Shown: positions 1 to 10,794 of the stretch, in pieces
Numbering within the stretch: the first letter of the stretch is position 1
Layout of the letters: each line of letters opens with the position of its first letter
DNA from: Octopus sinensis
Lineage: Eukaryota
NCBI RefSeq assembly: GCF_006345805.1
Contig: NW_021823645.1
Span: forward strand, 1-21,678
Direction: 5' to 3'
Length of the DNA: 21,678 nucleotides
Program-made: the position numbers and the translations under genes
Notes under the pieces: generated by a model
What the model saw: the letters and a program-made list of their open reading frames with translations, nothing else
What the model was told of the DNA's origin: nothing
The model's database searches: none

Positions 1-124
1 GTATATACACACACATATATATTATATATGGGCATATAGTTAGAGAGATACATATGCATAAACATTCTTGTATGTGTACATATATAACCCGTATAAACAT
101 TTAACATATAAATAATATATAACA

Positions 125-478
125 TATTCTTTTATTCTTTTACTTGTTTCAGTCATTTCACTGCGGCCATGCCGGAGCACCGCCTTTAGTCGAGTAAATC
201 GACCCCAGGACTTATTCTATTGGACTCTTCGGCTGAACCGCAAAGTTACGGGGACGTAAACACGCCAGCATCGATGTTGGAGGGACAAGCACAGACACAC
301 AAACATAGAGACACACATACACATATAAATATATACGACAGGCTTCTTTCACTCACAAAGCTTTGGTCGGCCCGAGGCTATAGTAGAAGGCACTTGCCCA
401 TGGTGCCACGCAGTGGGACTGAACCCGGAACCATGTGTTTGGTAAGCAAGCTACTTACCACACAGCCACTCCTGCGCC
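125..478 (-). mobile_element. Full-length tRNA-derived SINE (family B: tRNA head, internal CA/TA microsatellite linker, conserved tail)
   Basis: Minus strand reads GGCGCAGGAGTGGCTGTGTGGT (A box) ... GGTTCAGTCCC (B box) ... linker 290-335 ... tail ending CAAGTAAAAGAATAAAAGAATA. Homologous pieces occur at 6455-6790, 16216-17257 and 18471-19280. Confidence 0.9.
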
Positions 479-758
479 CATATATTATATATATATAATA
501 TATATATATATATATTATATATATATGTGTGTGTGTGTATGTAATATAATTTTAATATATATATATGCATAGTTCTATATGTATATATATTCTTGGAATC
601 CCTTATTTCCAGTGTTTGCTCATTGTTCTCCCCTCCAAACACCTCAGTGGGTTTTGTTTCTCTAAGTTAAGTCGACGCTAAACTTAACATTCTTGCATTC
701 TTGTAAGTCAAAAGGCAAGGAAAATGAATTTCTGTGGAAGGAGTTCGGGAAGGGAGAT

Positions 759-1103
759 GGTGGTGGTGGTGGTGGGGGCGGTTTAATGGTGAAGTCAGAT
801 AATTGGTGGTGGTGGTGGTGGTGGTGGTGGTGGTGGTGGAGGGAGTGATGGTGATGGCTGTGGGATTTAGGAGGAATCGAATTAACACATATGTGCAGCT
901 ATGTGTAAAACAACAACTACAACAACAACATCAACACCAACAACAACAATAACAAGAGAAACAGCTATATCAGCAACAACAACCATAACAACAACAACAA
1001 CAACACTAAACAATCATACGTAGACGCAAGTCGAATGTTTCGAATAATAATAATAACAATGGTGATGAAGACGACGACGACCACAACATCAACAACAACA
1101 ATA
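759..1103. repeat. (GGT)n and (AAC)n/(AAT)n trinucleotide microsatellites
   Basis: Direct reading: GGT runs at about 759-840 and AAC/AAT runs at about 910-1103. Confidence 0.9.
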
Positions 1104-1280
1104 ATACCTTTCTACTATAGGTACAAGGCCTGAGATTTGGAGAGAGGGGACTAGTCGATTACTTCGACCCTAATACGCAACTGGTACTTAATTTATGGAC
1201 CATTAAAGGTTGAAAGGCAAAGTCGGCCTCAGCGGAACTTGAACTCAGAACGTAGCGACAGACTAAGTACCCCTAAGCAT
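1104..1280 (-). mobile_element. 5'-truncated tRNA-SINE (family A)
   Basis: Contains GAAAGGCAAAGTCGGCCTCAGCGGAACTTGAACTCAGAACGTAGC, a diverged match to the copy at 12094-12324. The B box GAGTTCAAGTTCC is on the minus strand and the A-box head is missing. Confidence 0.85.
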
Positions 1281-1389
1281 TATTGTTGTTGTTGTTGTTG
1301 TTGTTATTATTATTCCGGTCACTGCCTGGAATCGAACTCGGGATCTTGGGTTAGTAGCCCGCGCTCTTAACCACTACGTCATATACCCG
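1281..1389 (-). mobile_element. Short tRNA-like retroposon (~76 nt tRNA body plus (AAT/AAC)n tail)
   Basis: Minus strand 1389-1314: TGACGTAGTGGTTAAGAGC (A box/D arm), GCGGG-CTACTAA-CCCAA anticodon-like arm, GAGTTCGATTCC (B box), then a simple-repeat tail. The acceptor stem does not pair. Confidence 0.75.
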
Positions 1390-2390
1390 AGAACTTGGAA
1401 TCTATTTACAATGTCTTACGTGCACCATCCTGAAAGTAATATCGGCAGTCTCTACCTACCAAAGAAGGAAGCGGGCAGAGAGTTGCTAAACGTAGAAGTC
1501 TGTGTTAGTATTGCGATTTTGGAGTTGAGGCAATTATATTGTGCGCAGTCGGTGGCTAAAGATGCCCAGAAAGTTATTGAAACAGTAAGAGAATTCAAGA
1601 GCAGAAGGAAGAACGAGTAGAACTTAGTAAATGGAAAGAAGATTTACATAACCAATTCATACAGCAAACACAGTATGTTTAAAATAAAGAACCCTGGACG
1701 GAAACACAGAACGTGAAAACTAATCGCTAATTATAGTCGCTCAGGAACAAGCAACGAATTTGATAAAGGCAAAGACTGAATGATAAAACTCAGTTCAATA
1801 GACAATACAGAATTTGTGAGTAAGTTAACGAAAGCATTAACCGGCACTTGAGTAAATGCAGTAAGCTAGCACAAAAAGAGTATAAGCACAGCCATGCTTG
1901 TGTAGGTAAAGGAGCGCGTCAGGATGTAAACCTAGTATGTGGAATCAAAGTAATAAGAAAATTATATGTATTGATCGAGAACAAGAATTACAGGGTTTTA
2001 TGGGACATCCTTATAAAGACAGGCCACACTATCGAAGCAAAATAAACTAGATATAATTATGGTGGAGAAAAGAAAGAAACAGCTTAAGATCATAGACTTT
2101 GCAATACAACATGGTAATTGGGTGGATGCTAAAGAATTTTTTGATCTATTGAGAAATTTCAAGATCTAACCAGAGAGATTAAAACACTGTGAAAGTTTAA
2201 GACGAGAATTATTTTCGTGGTAATTGGTGCACTTAGTGCAATACCCAAAATCCTACCAAAAGAGGCTGAAAAGTTGAGACTGACATTGATGCCCTGAGAA
2301 AAAATGAAATCCTGTATTCTGCAAGAATGTTAAGAAAGATTTCAGGAAACTTGCTGTCGCCAAACCACAAGACAGCGCCAAATAAATATT
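1390..2390 (+). pseudogene. Decayed 3' part of a non-LTR retrotransposon with a restriction-like endonuclease (R4/Dong-like)
   Basis: Frame-shifted peptides: HHPESNIGSLYLPKKEAGRELL (post-RT motif), WKEDLHNQF, IVAQEQA, (Y)RICE*VNESINRHLSKCSKLAQKEYKHSH (decayed CCHC knuckle), VLWDILIKTGHTIEA, KLDIIMVEKRKKQLKIIDFAI (PD..D-type nuclease motif) and FVVIGALSAIP. Multiple stops and frameshifts. Confidence 0.85.
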
Positions 2391-2463
2391 ACACACACAC
2401 ACACATAAATATCACACACACAAGACAGTGCTAAATTAAATATTACACTCACACACACATAAA
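2366..2463 (+). repeat. ~52-bp imperfect tandem duplication at the LINE 3' end
   Basis: CACAAGACAGCGCCAAATAAATATTACACAC (2366) versus CACAAGACAGTGCTAAATTAAATATTACACTC (2419). Confidence 0.75.
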
Positions 2464-2734
2464 CACACACACACACAACAAACAATACGTATGCATGTTA
2501 TGCGATAAAGCTTTCACAAATAGAATAGCACTCGATCTCAAAAATTAAAAATAATGTTATACTAAAAAAATCCCTGGTTAGTTGTGTTCTGCAAAAGTTG
2601 TGTTTTTTATTATGAAATTATATGTATGTATATATCTATATGTGTATATATATATATATGTGTGTGTGTATGTATATGTATATATATTGTTTGTATTTAT
2701 ATTCGTATTATTATTATTTTTTTTTGTATTTATA

Positions 2735-2974
2735 TTCGTGTAACATCGTCCGTTTTTCTGTCCTTGTTTCGTATACATTCGATCCGTTTCTCAAGAAATC
2801 TAATGCTCGTAGCTTAGTTTTTCCTTGGGGCTGGCCCGATTGGAGCAATCTCAAGATTAATCAGCCGAAATTGCGAGGATGATCCGGTTCTTGACTGAAG
2901 ATTAGAGGCTTCGAATGACCCGTCCGTGTTTTTTGTATCGTCTATTTGAATGTTGCGTTCTTGTCCCATTTTGT
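2735..2974 (+). mobile_element. Unclassified interspersed repeat (family C), copy 1
   Basis: Aligns by eye with 20297-20490 (GCTTAG..TTTT..CTGGCC.GATTGGAGCA...AGCCGAAA.TGC...GACTGA.GA...CGAATGACCCGT.C...TGCGTTCTTGTCCCATTTT). Both copies end in (TA)n. Confidence 0.75.
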
Positions 2975-2983
2975 ATATATATA

Positions 2984-3017
<34 letters not shown>

Positions 3018-3025
<8 letters not shown>

Positions 3026-3290
3026 ATAGAGGGCATTATTACACATAAATGCCTCACACTAGGAGGGACAAAGTCATTACTACCAAAAAATTATACTAAT
3101 CATACCCAAATGCAGTTTTTCAAAGCAAGACATTTAAAAATGAATTATGTTCTGTATACAGAACATAATTCATTTAAATGTCTTGCTTTGAAAAACTGCA
3201 TTTGGGTATGATTAGTATAATTTTTGGTAGTAATGACTTTGTCCCTCCTAGTGAGGCATTTATGTGTAATAATGCCCTCTATACAATATA
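3018..3290. repeat. Near-perfect spacerless palindrome (~273 bp), foldback/MITE-like
   Basis: Arms 3018-3156 and 3157-3290 are reverse complements centred on GTTCTGTA|TACAGAAC. They differ only by three small indels (2+1+2 nt). The left flank is (TA)n. Confidence 0.95.
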
Positions 3291-3510
3291 GATATAATTA
3301 ATTTGTTCAAAAGAAAAAAAGTATTTTCGGATTCTTTTCTTTTATGAGGTTTCACGCTAGCTACCCGATAATTTCTTGTTAAGATCCCTTATTAAGAGAT
3401 TATCCTTAATTGTTAAACTTATATATATATATATATAAGAAAAAGAAATGTCACACACATGCGCGTGCGCATAAATATTTATGTATGTATATGTATCAAG
3501 TATATATTCA

Positions 3511-3626
3511 CATTCCGGCGATGACTTCGTCAGAAACAACATCGGCCCTGACTATTATAAAGAGGCAAATAAACCACATTACTTCATGCTGAAGATGAGA
3601 CTGTGAAAATTTAGAAACGTTGATGA
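3511..3626. other. Degenerate, oppositely oriented hammerhead-like core motifs (Penelope-like terminus remnant?)
   Basis: Minus strand has CTGACGA (plus 3527-3533). Plus strand has TCATG-CTGAAGA(3589-3595)...GAAACGTT(3614-3621)-GATGA. Stems are poorly paired. Confidence 0.35.
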
Positions 3627-3769
3627 TAGATTAAGGAACTTTACACATGCAAAAAAAACGTGAGAAACTCGCACGAAAGTATAAAAAAAAATTGGTTAAA
3701 AAGATAAAACAGTAGGATATTCAATATAAAATGTCTGAGAGAAAAGCTGTTTCATGTATGTTTGGATGT

Positions 3770-3770
3770 G

Positions 3771-3812
<42 letters not shown>

Positions 3813-4350
3813 ATATATATATATATATATATATTGATACACAAATACTCCCACACGTAAATTGGAAGGGATAAAGTTTCTTTCCTGTTTAATTATATGC
3901 ACACACACACACACACGCTTGCACACACACGCACACACTCACACATACACATATACACACATATATATATGCATACAAATATATACATAATATATATATA
4001 CATATATATACATGTATATATACATATATGTGTGTGTGTGTGTGTGTGTATGCGCGCGCAAACAGAGACACACACACATATATATAAACACTTCCGTGTT
4101 CCATTTAAGAGATATTTGATAGTACATAAACCCGCACACCCACACACCAAGAAACAAAATAAAAAAATGAAATAAAACAATAAAGAAAATAACAAACTAA
4201 AAACGGGACTTCAATAAGATAGAAATTAAAGATTTAATCACGTGATAATACATTTTCCCATAAACACACATATACACACATATATATTATGTGTGTGTGA
4301 GAGAGAGAGAGTATGTATATATATATATATATTATATATATATGTATGCA
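3770..4350. repeat. Compound (TA)n/(CA)n/(TG)n microsatellites
   Basis: Direct reading. Confidence 0.9.
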
Positions 4351-4489
4351 CATATGTAGGTATATACTGTTGGCAGGTGTCAGTAGTAGCTGCGTTCTTG
4401 CACTCAGTAATTCTTGCACTCAGACGCCATTAATTCTTTGGTCTTGCCCAAATTCTTAAGTAATTTGACCAGACTTTTTATTCTACTAC

Positions 4490-4500
4490 TCTACAACTGT

Positions 4501-4554
<54 letters not shown>

Positions 4555-4587
4555 AACAGCTATTATTATTATTATTATTATTATTAT
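4490..4587. repeat. (CTA)n followed by (TTA)n microsatellite
   Basis: Direct reading. Confidence 0.95.
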
Positions 4588-4999
4588 CCTAATTAATTCT
4601 AATCGCTGTTCATTTGATTCCACGCGATTAGAACTTCCAAGTGATAGACTTTTCATTCTGCCCGTCTTCTTGTCTTGGCGCTCCCCACCCAACGTTCCAA
4701 GTTTTGAGGGTTATTTATTTGTGGCCGCGTTTTTATTTTATTTTATTTTTATTTTTCAAGGGACATGTGTCTGAATCTGTGTTATCCTGACTTTATATTT
4801 GGTTTTTGTTGGGGTGAGGAGTGGCTATTTAAGGTTTCGTTTTTGGGGGGGGGGGGTGGGGGGTTCTTTTCAGCCTCAATGGGTGGTCGGGTTCCTATTC
4901 CATCCGGCTGTCAATATATCGGAAAGCAGTCGGGTAGAATGACTAGATTGCCGGACTGAATGAAAATTTTAAAATGGTGACTTGATTGGTTACAATACA

Positions 5000-5289
5000 T
5001 ATAAAGGCATATACATACATATATACATACATAAATACATACATATATACATACATACATACATACATACATACATACATACATACATACATAATACGTA
5101 CATACATACATACATAATACGTACATACAAACATACATACATACATACATACATACATACATACATACATACATACATACATAATACGTACATACATACA
5201 TACATACATAATACGTACATACATATATAATACATACATACATACATACATACATAAATACATACATACATACATACATCATACATACA

Positions 5290-5320
<31 letters not shown>
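5000..5320. repeat. (TACA)n tetranucleotide array with recurring TAATACGTA interruptions
   Basis: Interruptions at about 5092, 5115, 5182 and 5209. Confidence 0.95.
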
Positions 5321-5321
<1 letters not shown>

Positions 5322-5346
5322 CTCTTTTCTTCTTTTACTGTGCGAA

Positions 5347-5690
5347 AAACAAAATAGGAATTTTGAATAAGTGTCTATAAAACTAGATTTTAAACAGGGA
5401 TCCACGAAAACAAAATAATAAGTTGGGGATCAATGGTAGTATGGTATGGGTCCAGGAAATAATTTAGCTTTAGATGTATCTTGTATTGGTCATGTATTGC
5501 AAGAAACAGGTTTCTTTCCCTAATATTTTACATTGTTCAACCAACACAAGTTGATGTGTGATAAACAAAATAGGAATTTTGAAAGGAGTTTCTTTAAAAC
5601 TAGTTTTTAAACATCAAATGGCTATGGGGGTCCACCAGAATGAAATAGTAATCATAGGGGTCCATAGATAAAAAAATGGTTGAGAATCCC
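5347..5690. mobile_element. hAT-like non-autonomous DNA transposon end with internal direct duplication
   Basis: The end GGTTGAGAATCCCT reverse-complements to AGGGATTCTCAACC, resembling the CAGGGGTTCTCAA-type termini of hAT/Charlie elements. GGGGTCCA motifs recur subterminally, and a 50-bp direct repeat sits at 5347-5396 and 5563-5613. No partner TIR was found. Confidence 0.5.
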
Positions 5691-5786
5691 TTTAATTCAT
5701 TTGAACCGAAAATCTCTTAAACTATCAGGACTCACAGGCTCCCAGTTTAACATTTTCGCGCTTCCAAGATAGCAATCCCGCATATT

Positions 5787-6367
5787 TATTTCTTTATTGC
5801 CCACAGGGGGCTAAACATAGAGGGGACAAACAAGGAGAGACAAAGGGTTAAAGTCAATTACATCGCCCCCAGTTCGTAACTGGTACTTATTTAATCGACC
5901 CCGAAAGGATGAAAGGCAAAGTCGACCTCGGCAGAATTTGAACCCAGAACGTAACGGCAGACGAAATACCTATTTCTTTACTACCCACAAGGGGTTACAC
6001 ACAGAGGGGACAAACAAGCACAGACAAACGGATTAGTCGATTATATCGACCCCAGTGCGTTACTGGTACTTATTTAATCGACCCCGAAAGGATAAAAGGC
6101 AAAGTCGACCTCGGCGGAATTTGAACCCAGAACATAACGGCAGACGAAATACCTATTTCTTTACTACTCACAAGGGGCTACACACAGAGGGGACAAACAA
6201 GCACAGACAAACGGATTAGTCGATTATATCGACCCCTGTGCGTAACTGGTACTTCTTTAATCGACCCCGAAAGGATGAAAGGCAAAGTCGACCTCGACGG
6301 AATTTGAACTCAGAACGTAGCGGCAGACGAAATACCAGCGTGCTAACGATTCTGCTAGCTCGCCGCC
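5787..6367 (-). mobile_element. Head-to-tail trimer of family A SINE (one A-box head, three ~183-bp bodies)
   Basis: Units start at 5787, 5971 and 6154, each containing the B box. A single head GGCGGCGAGCTAGCAGAATCGTTAGC lies at 6367-6337. Confidence 0.92.
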
Positions 6368-6454
6368 ATAATCCCCCATACATATTACCTGCAATTACTT
6401 CCGCACAATAACTTCACTCCACGTGACCGAATACAGTGAAATTCGTGTTATGTT

Positions 6455-6790
6455 TTATCTTTTATTTGTTCCAGTCACTAGACTGAGGCCAAGCTGGGGC
6501 ACCGCCTCGAAGAAGTTTAGTCGAACGAATCGGCCAGAGTAATTATTATTATCATTACCATTATTATTATTATTATTATTATATTTTATTATTATTATAT
6601 TATTATTATTATTATTATTATATTTTGATTGCCTCAGTTATCGAGGCAATCAAAATATTCCATCTACCAAATACACTCACAAGGCTTTGGTCGGTCAGAG
6701 GAGACACGTGCCCAAAGTGCTACGCAGTGGGACTGAACCCGGTATCGTGTGGCTGGAAAGCAAACCTCTTACCACACAGCCACGCCGTGC
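6455..6790 (-). mobile_element. Diverged family B SINE split by a (TTA)n tract
   Basis: 3' tail fragment at 6455-6540, (TTA)n at 6540-6625, head part at 6655-6790 (CACTCACAAGGCTTTGGTCGG...GCAGTGGGACTGAACCC...CCACACAGCCAC). Confidence 0.8.
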
Positions 6791-6975
6791 GGCAGAGATA
6801 CAATAATTTGGCAGATTTATAGGAGAAGCGGTGAGTCTCTATGCCATCTCTCAGGATCAGTGCACACTGTTGGTGCTATTTGAAAACCAGGAGGCTGGTC
6901 TATGAGAAAACATGAGGAAAAAACGCGAAGATGGTTTGAAGAAAGAAAAGGTCATTAAGCAAAGTAAATTCTTCG

Positions 6976-7110
6976 TACTTATTCTATCAGTCTCTTTTGC
7001 TAAACGGCTGACTTACGGGGTCGTAAACAACCCCCGCAGCGGTTGTCAAGAGGGAGTTAGGTACAATCACGGACACGAACACACACACTCACACATATAC
7101 AAATAAACAT
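6976..7110 (-). mobile_element. Family B SINE tail fragment
   Basis: TACTTATTCTATCAGTCTCTTTTGCTAAACGGCTGACTTACGGGGTCGTAAAC...GGTTGTCAAG, followed by a CA linker. Confidence 0.75.
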
Positions 7111-7140
7111 ATATATAGATGTGTGCGTGTGTATATATAG

Positions 7141-8060
<920 letters not shown>

Positions 8061-8122
8061 TACTCAAATGCTTCCTTGTAGCTACATACATTTAAACACA
8101 AACTACACACAGACACAGAAAC

Positions 8123-8123
<1 letters not shown>

Positions 8124-8166
<43 letters not shown>

Positions 8167-8567
8167 CAGGCCGACAGACATACTGACAGAGGAGAGGGAA
8201 AGAGTGAGAGAGAGAGGGGGAAAGAGTGAGAAGCAGAGTGTATGAGAGAGAGAGAGAAAGAGATGGAGAAAGAGAAAGAGAGAAGGAAAGAGTGCATGAG
8301 GGAGGGAGAGCGAACGACAGGGAGAGAAAGAGAGGGTGCGAAAGAGAGAGAGTAAAGAGAGAGAGAGAGAGGGAAAGACAGATAGAGAGTAACAGAGAGC
8401 TACAGAGAGAGTAAAAAAGATAAAAGAAGAGAGAGCGAATGAGAGAGAGAGAGAGGGTGAATGACAAACAGAGAGAGAATGAAAGGGAGTGAGAGAGTGT
8501 GTGAGACAAAGGGAGAGAAAAAGAGAGAGCGTAGGGAAAGAGAAAGAGTGAAGGAGAGAATGACTAG

Positions 8568-8604
<37 letters not shown>

Positions 8605-8605
8605 T

Positions 8606-8669
<64 letters not shown>

Positions 8670-8705
8670 GAGAGAGATAGAGTGAGAAAGAGGCAGAGAG
8701 AGAGA
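8124..8705. repeat. GA-rich degenerate repeat with (GATA)n block at 8570-8668
   Basis: Direct reading; 8251-8405 recurs at 9876-10030. Confidence 0.9.
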
Positions 8706-9053
8706 AACCTCAAAGACTTCCATTTCTTATAGGACGCGCAAATACGCAAAAGCGAAAACGCAACCAACAAACAAACAAAAACAGGTCATTTTTATGTAGC
8801 TTATATCCGGTATAGGAGGTGAGTGGTAGAACGGTGTAAAGACGGAAGTTGTTTTCACACAACCGGAAACACAGCCTGAAAACCCTCCAGTTTCCGGTAA
8901 TCAGAAATTCAACATAGTGTAATTAAAAAACATTTACTTTGTATTTTTTTTTCAACTAGCTGAAATTCTTACTTACTGGGTGTATATAATACGGAATTTT
9001 ATACATATACACATATGTATTATATATACAAGCTTACATATGTATCTCTCTTC

Positions 9054-9087
<34 letters not shown>

Positions 9088-9269
9088 GTATATATACATA
9101 TATATGATATGGTAAAAGTGTATAATATATATATATATATATTATATATATGTATGTATGTAGGATATATATATATATATATTATATATATATATGATGT
9201 GTGTGTGTATGTATGTATGTATGTGCATGTATGCATCTATCTATCTACCTATACATATATAATATATAT

Positions 9270-9313
<44 letters not shown>

Positions 9314-9356
9314 TATAAATATAGGTATGTATATCTATCTATCTATCTATCTATCT

Positions 9357-9406
<50 letters not shown>

Positions 9407-9452
9407 CATGTGTATGTACATATGAATCTCTCTCCTTCTTTCTGTTATATTC

Positions 9453-9492
<40 letters not shown>

Positions 9493-9842
9493 TATATATA
9501 TAATATTGACAGACAGACCATATGCCGCCGTCGAAGAAACGTAATGCAATAAGTCAGCGGCGAAGAGAAACTGCTACGATGCCTGCACGTGAAATGGAAG
9601 GAATGTTGCGTGCGCAGCGATGCACAAATATTTGTGACACTTTATTACGCTAAAGCGTAATGCCACCGGAAGTAGAGTAATCCTCTCGAAAATCTCAACA
9701 AACACCCATGTAGCAATTACTTTAATTCAGAACTTCTGTTGAAAAACCGACGTCTCGTGTGATGAGAACACCTTAATTAACACAACGCAGTCCCATTTGT
9801 TTTCTATGTTTGACATCACGCATTAGCGGCGGCAAACAGGGC

Positions 9843-10032
9843 GAGAGAGAGAGAGAGAGAGAGAAACAGGGTGCAAGAGAGAGAAAGAGAATGAGAGAGA
9901 GAAAGAGAAAAGGAAAGAGTGTGAGATAGAGGGGGAGAGCGAACGACAGGGAGAGAAAGAGAGGGTACGAAAGAGAGAGTAAAAAAAGAGAGAGAGGGAA
10001 AGACAGATAGAGAGTAAAAGAGAGAGCTAGAG

Positions 10033-10072
<40 letters not shown>

Positions 10073-10075
10073 GGG
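9843..10075. repeat. GA-rich degenerate repeat with (GATA)n
   Basis: Direct reading; shares GAGAGCGAACGACAGGGAGAGAAAGAGAGGGT.CGAAAGAG with 8305-8346. Confidence 0.9.
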
Positions 10076-10338
10076 GGTGGCACCAGTCGGTTTGGTTGTG
10101 TTGGCTGGTTAGTTGGTTGGTTGGTTGGGTGATATGCTAGAAATAGCAGTCAAATCTCCCCTCAGTCAAATCACGCCACCATCCTGTTGTGTTCAACGTA
10201 TATTGAAGTCTGAGGGACGTTTAATACCCTATACCGCCAAACTTCGTTGACCCCTTTTAGTGGGGACTGTTTATGTTGTTGTTCGTGGTGTTTGGCCGTA
10301 GTCAAATGAGTAACACAAGTAAAATAAAAACGTACACA

Positions 10339-10385
<47 letters not shown>

Positions 10386-10388
10386 GAA

Positions 10389-10727
10389 GGCGCATAGCTC
10401 AGTGGTTAGAGCGTCGAGCTTACGATCGTGAGGTTGTGAGCTCGATCCCGGACCGGGCTGCGTGTTGTGTTTGAGCAAGGCACTTTATTTCACGTTGCTC
10501 CAGTTCACTCAGCTGTAAAAATGAGTTGCGACGTCACTGGTGCCAAGCTGTATCGGACCCCTTGCCTTTCCCTTGGATAACAATGGTGGCGTGGGAGGGG
10601 AGGCTGGTATGCATGGGGCGACTGCTGGTCTTCCATAAACAACCTTGCCCGGACTTGTGTCTAGGAGGGTAACTTTCTAGGTGCAATCCCATGGTCATTC
10701 ATGACCGAAGGGGGTCTTTACCCTTTT
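10389..10727 (+). mobile_element. Full-length tRNA-derived SINE (family E)
   Basis: GGCGCATAGCTCAGTGGTTAGAGC (A box), GAGCTCGATCCC (B box), TGAGCAAGGCACTT central box, 3' end GGTCATTCATGACCGAAGGGGGTCTTTACCC. Inserted in (TA)n. A second copy lies at 14085-14410 (-). Confidence 0.9.
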
Positions 10728-10736
10728 ATATAATAT

Positions 10737-10780
<44 letters not shown>

Positions 10781-10794
10781 ACGTATATGTTTAA

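Noticed and set aside
220-498. ORFs such as MDSSAEPQSYGDVNTPAS...LWSARGYSRRHLP (also 6625, 12179, 14077, 14438, 16172, 17046, 18505)
   Set aside because: They are chance frames through SINE copies and recur wherever the SINE does.
5787-6336. CRISPR-like or hammerhead interpretation of the regular 183-bp array
   Set aside because: The units are whole SINE bodies with no unique spacers, and the GAAATAGGTATTTC junction lacks an upstream CUGANGA core.
10389-10460. tRNA-Val(TAC)-like gene; likewise other SINE heads
   Set aside because: The acceptor stem does not pair, the B box is degenerate, and it continues into a SINE body with a second copy at 14085-14410.
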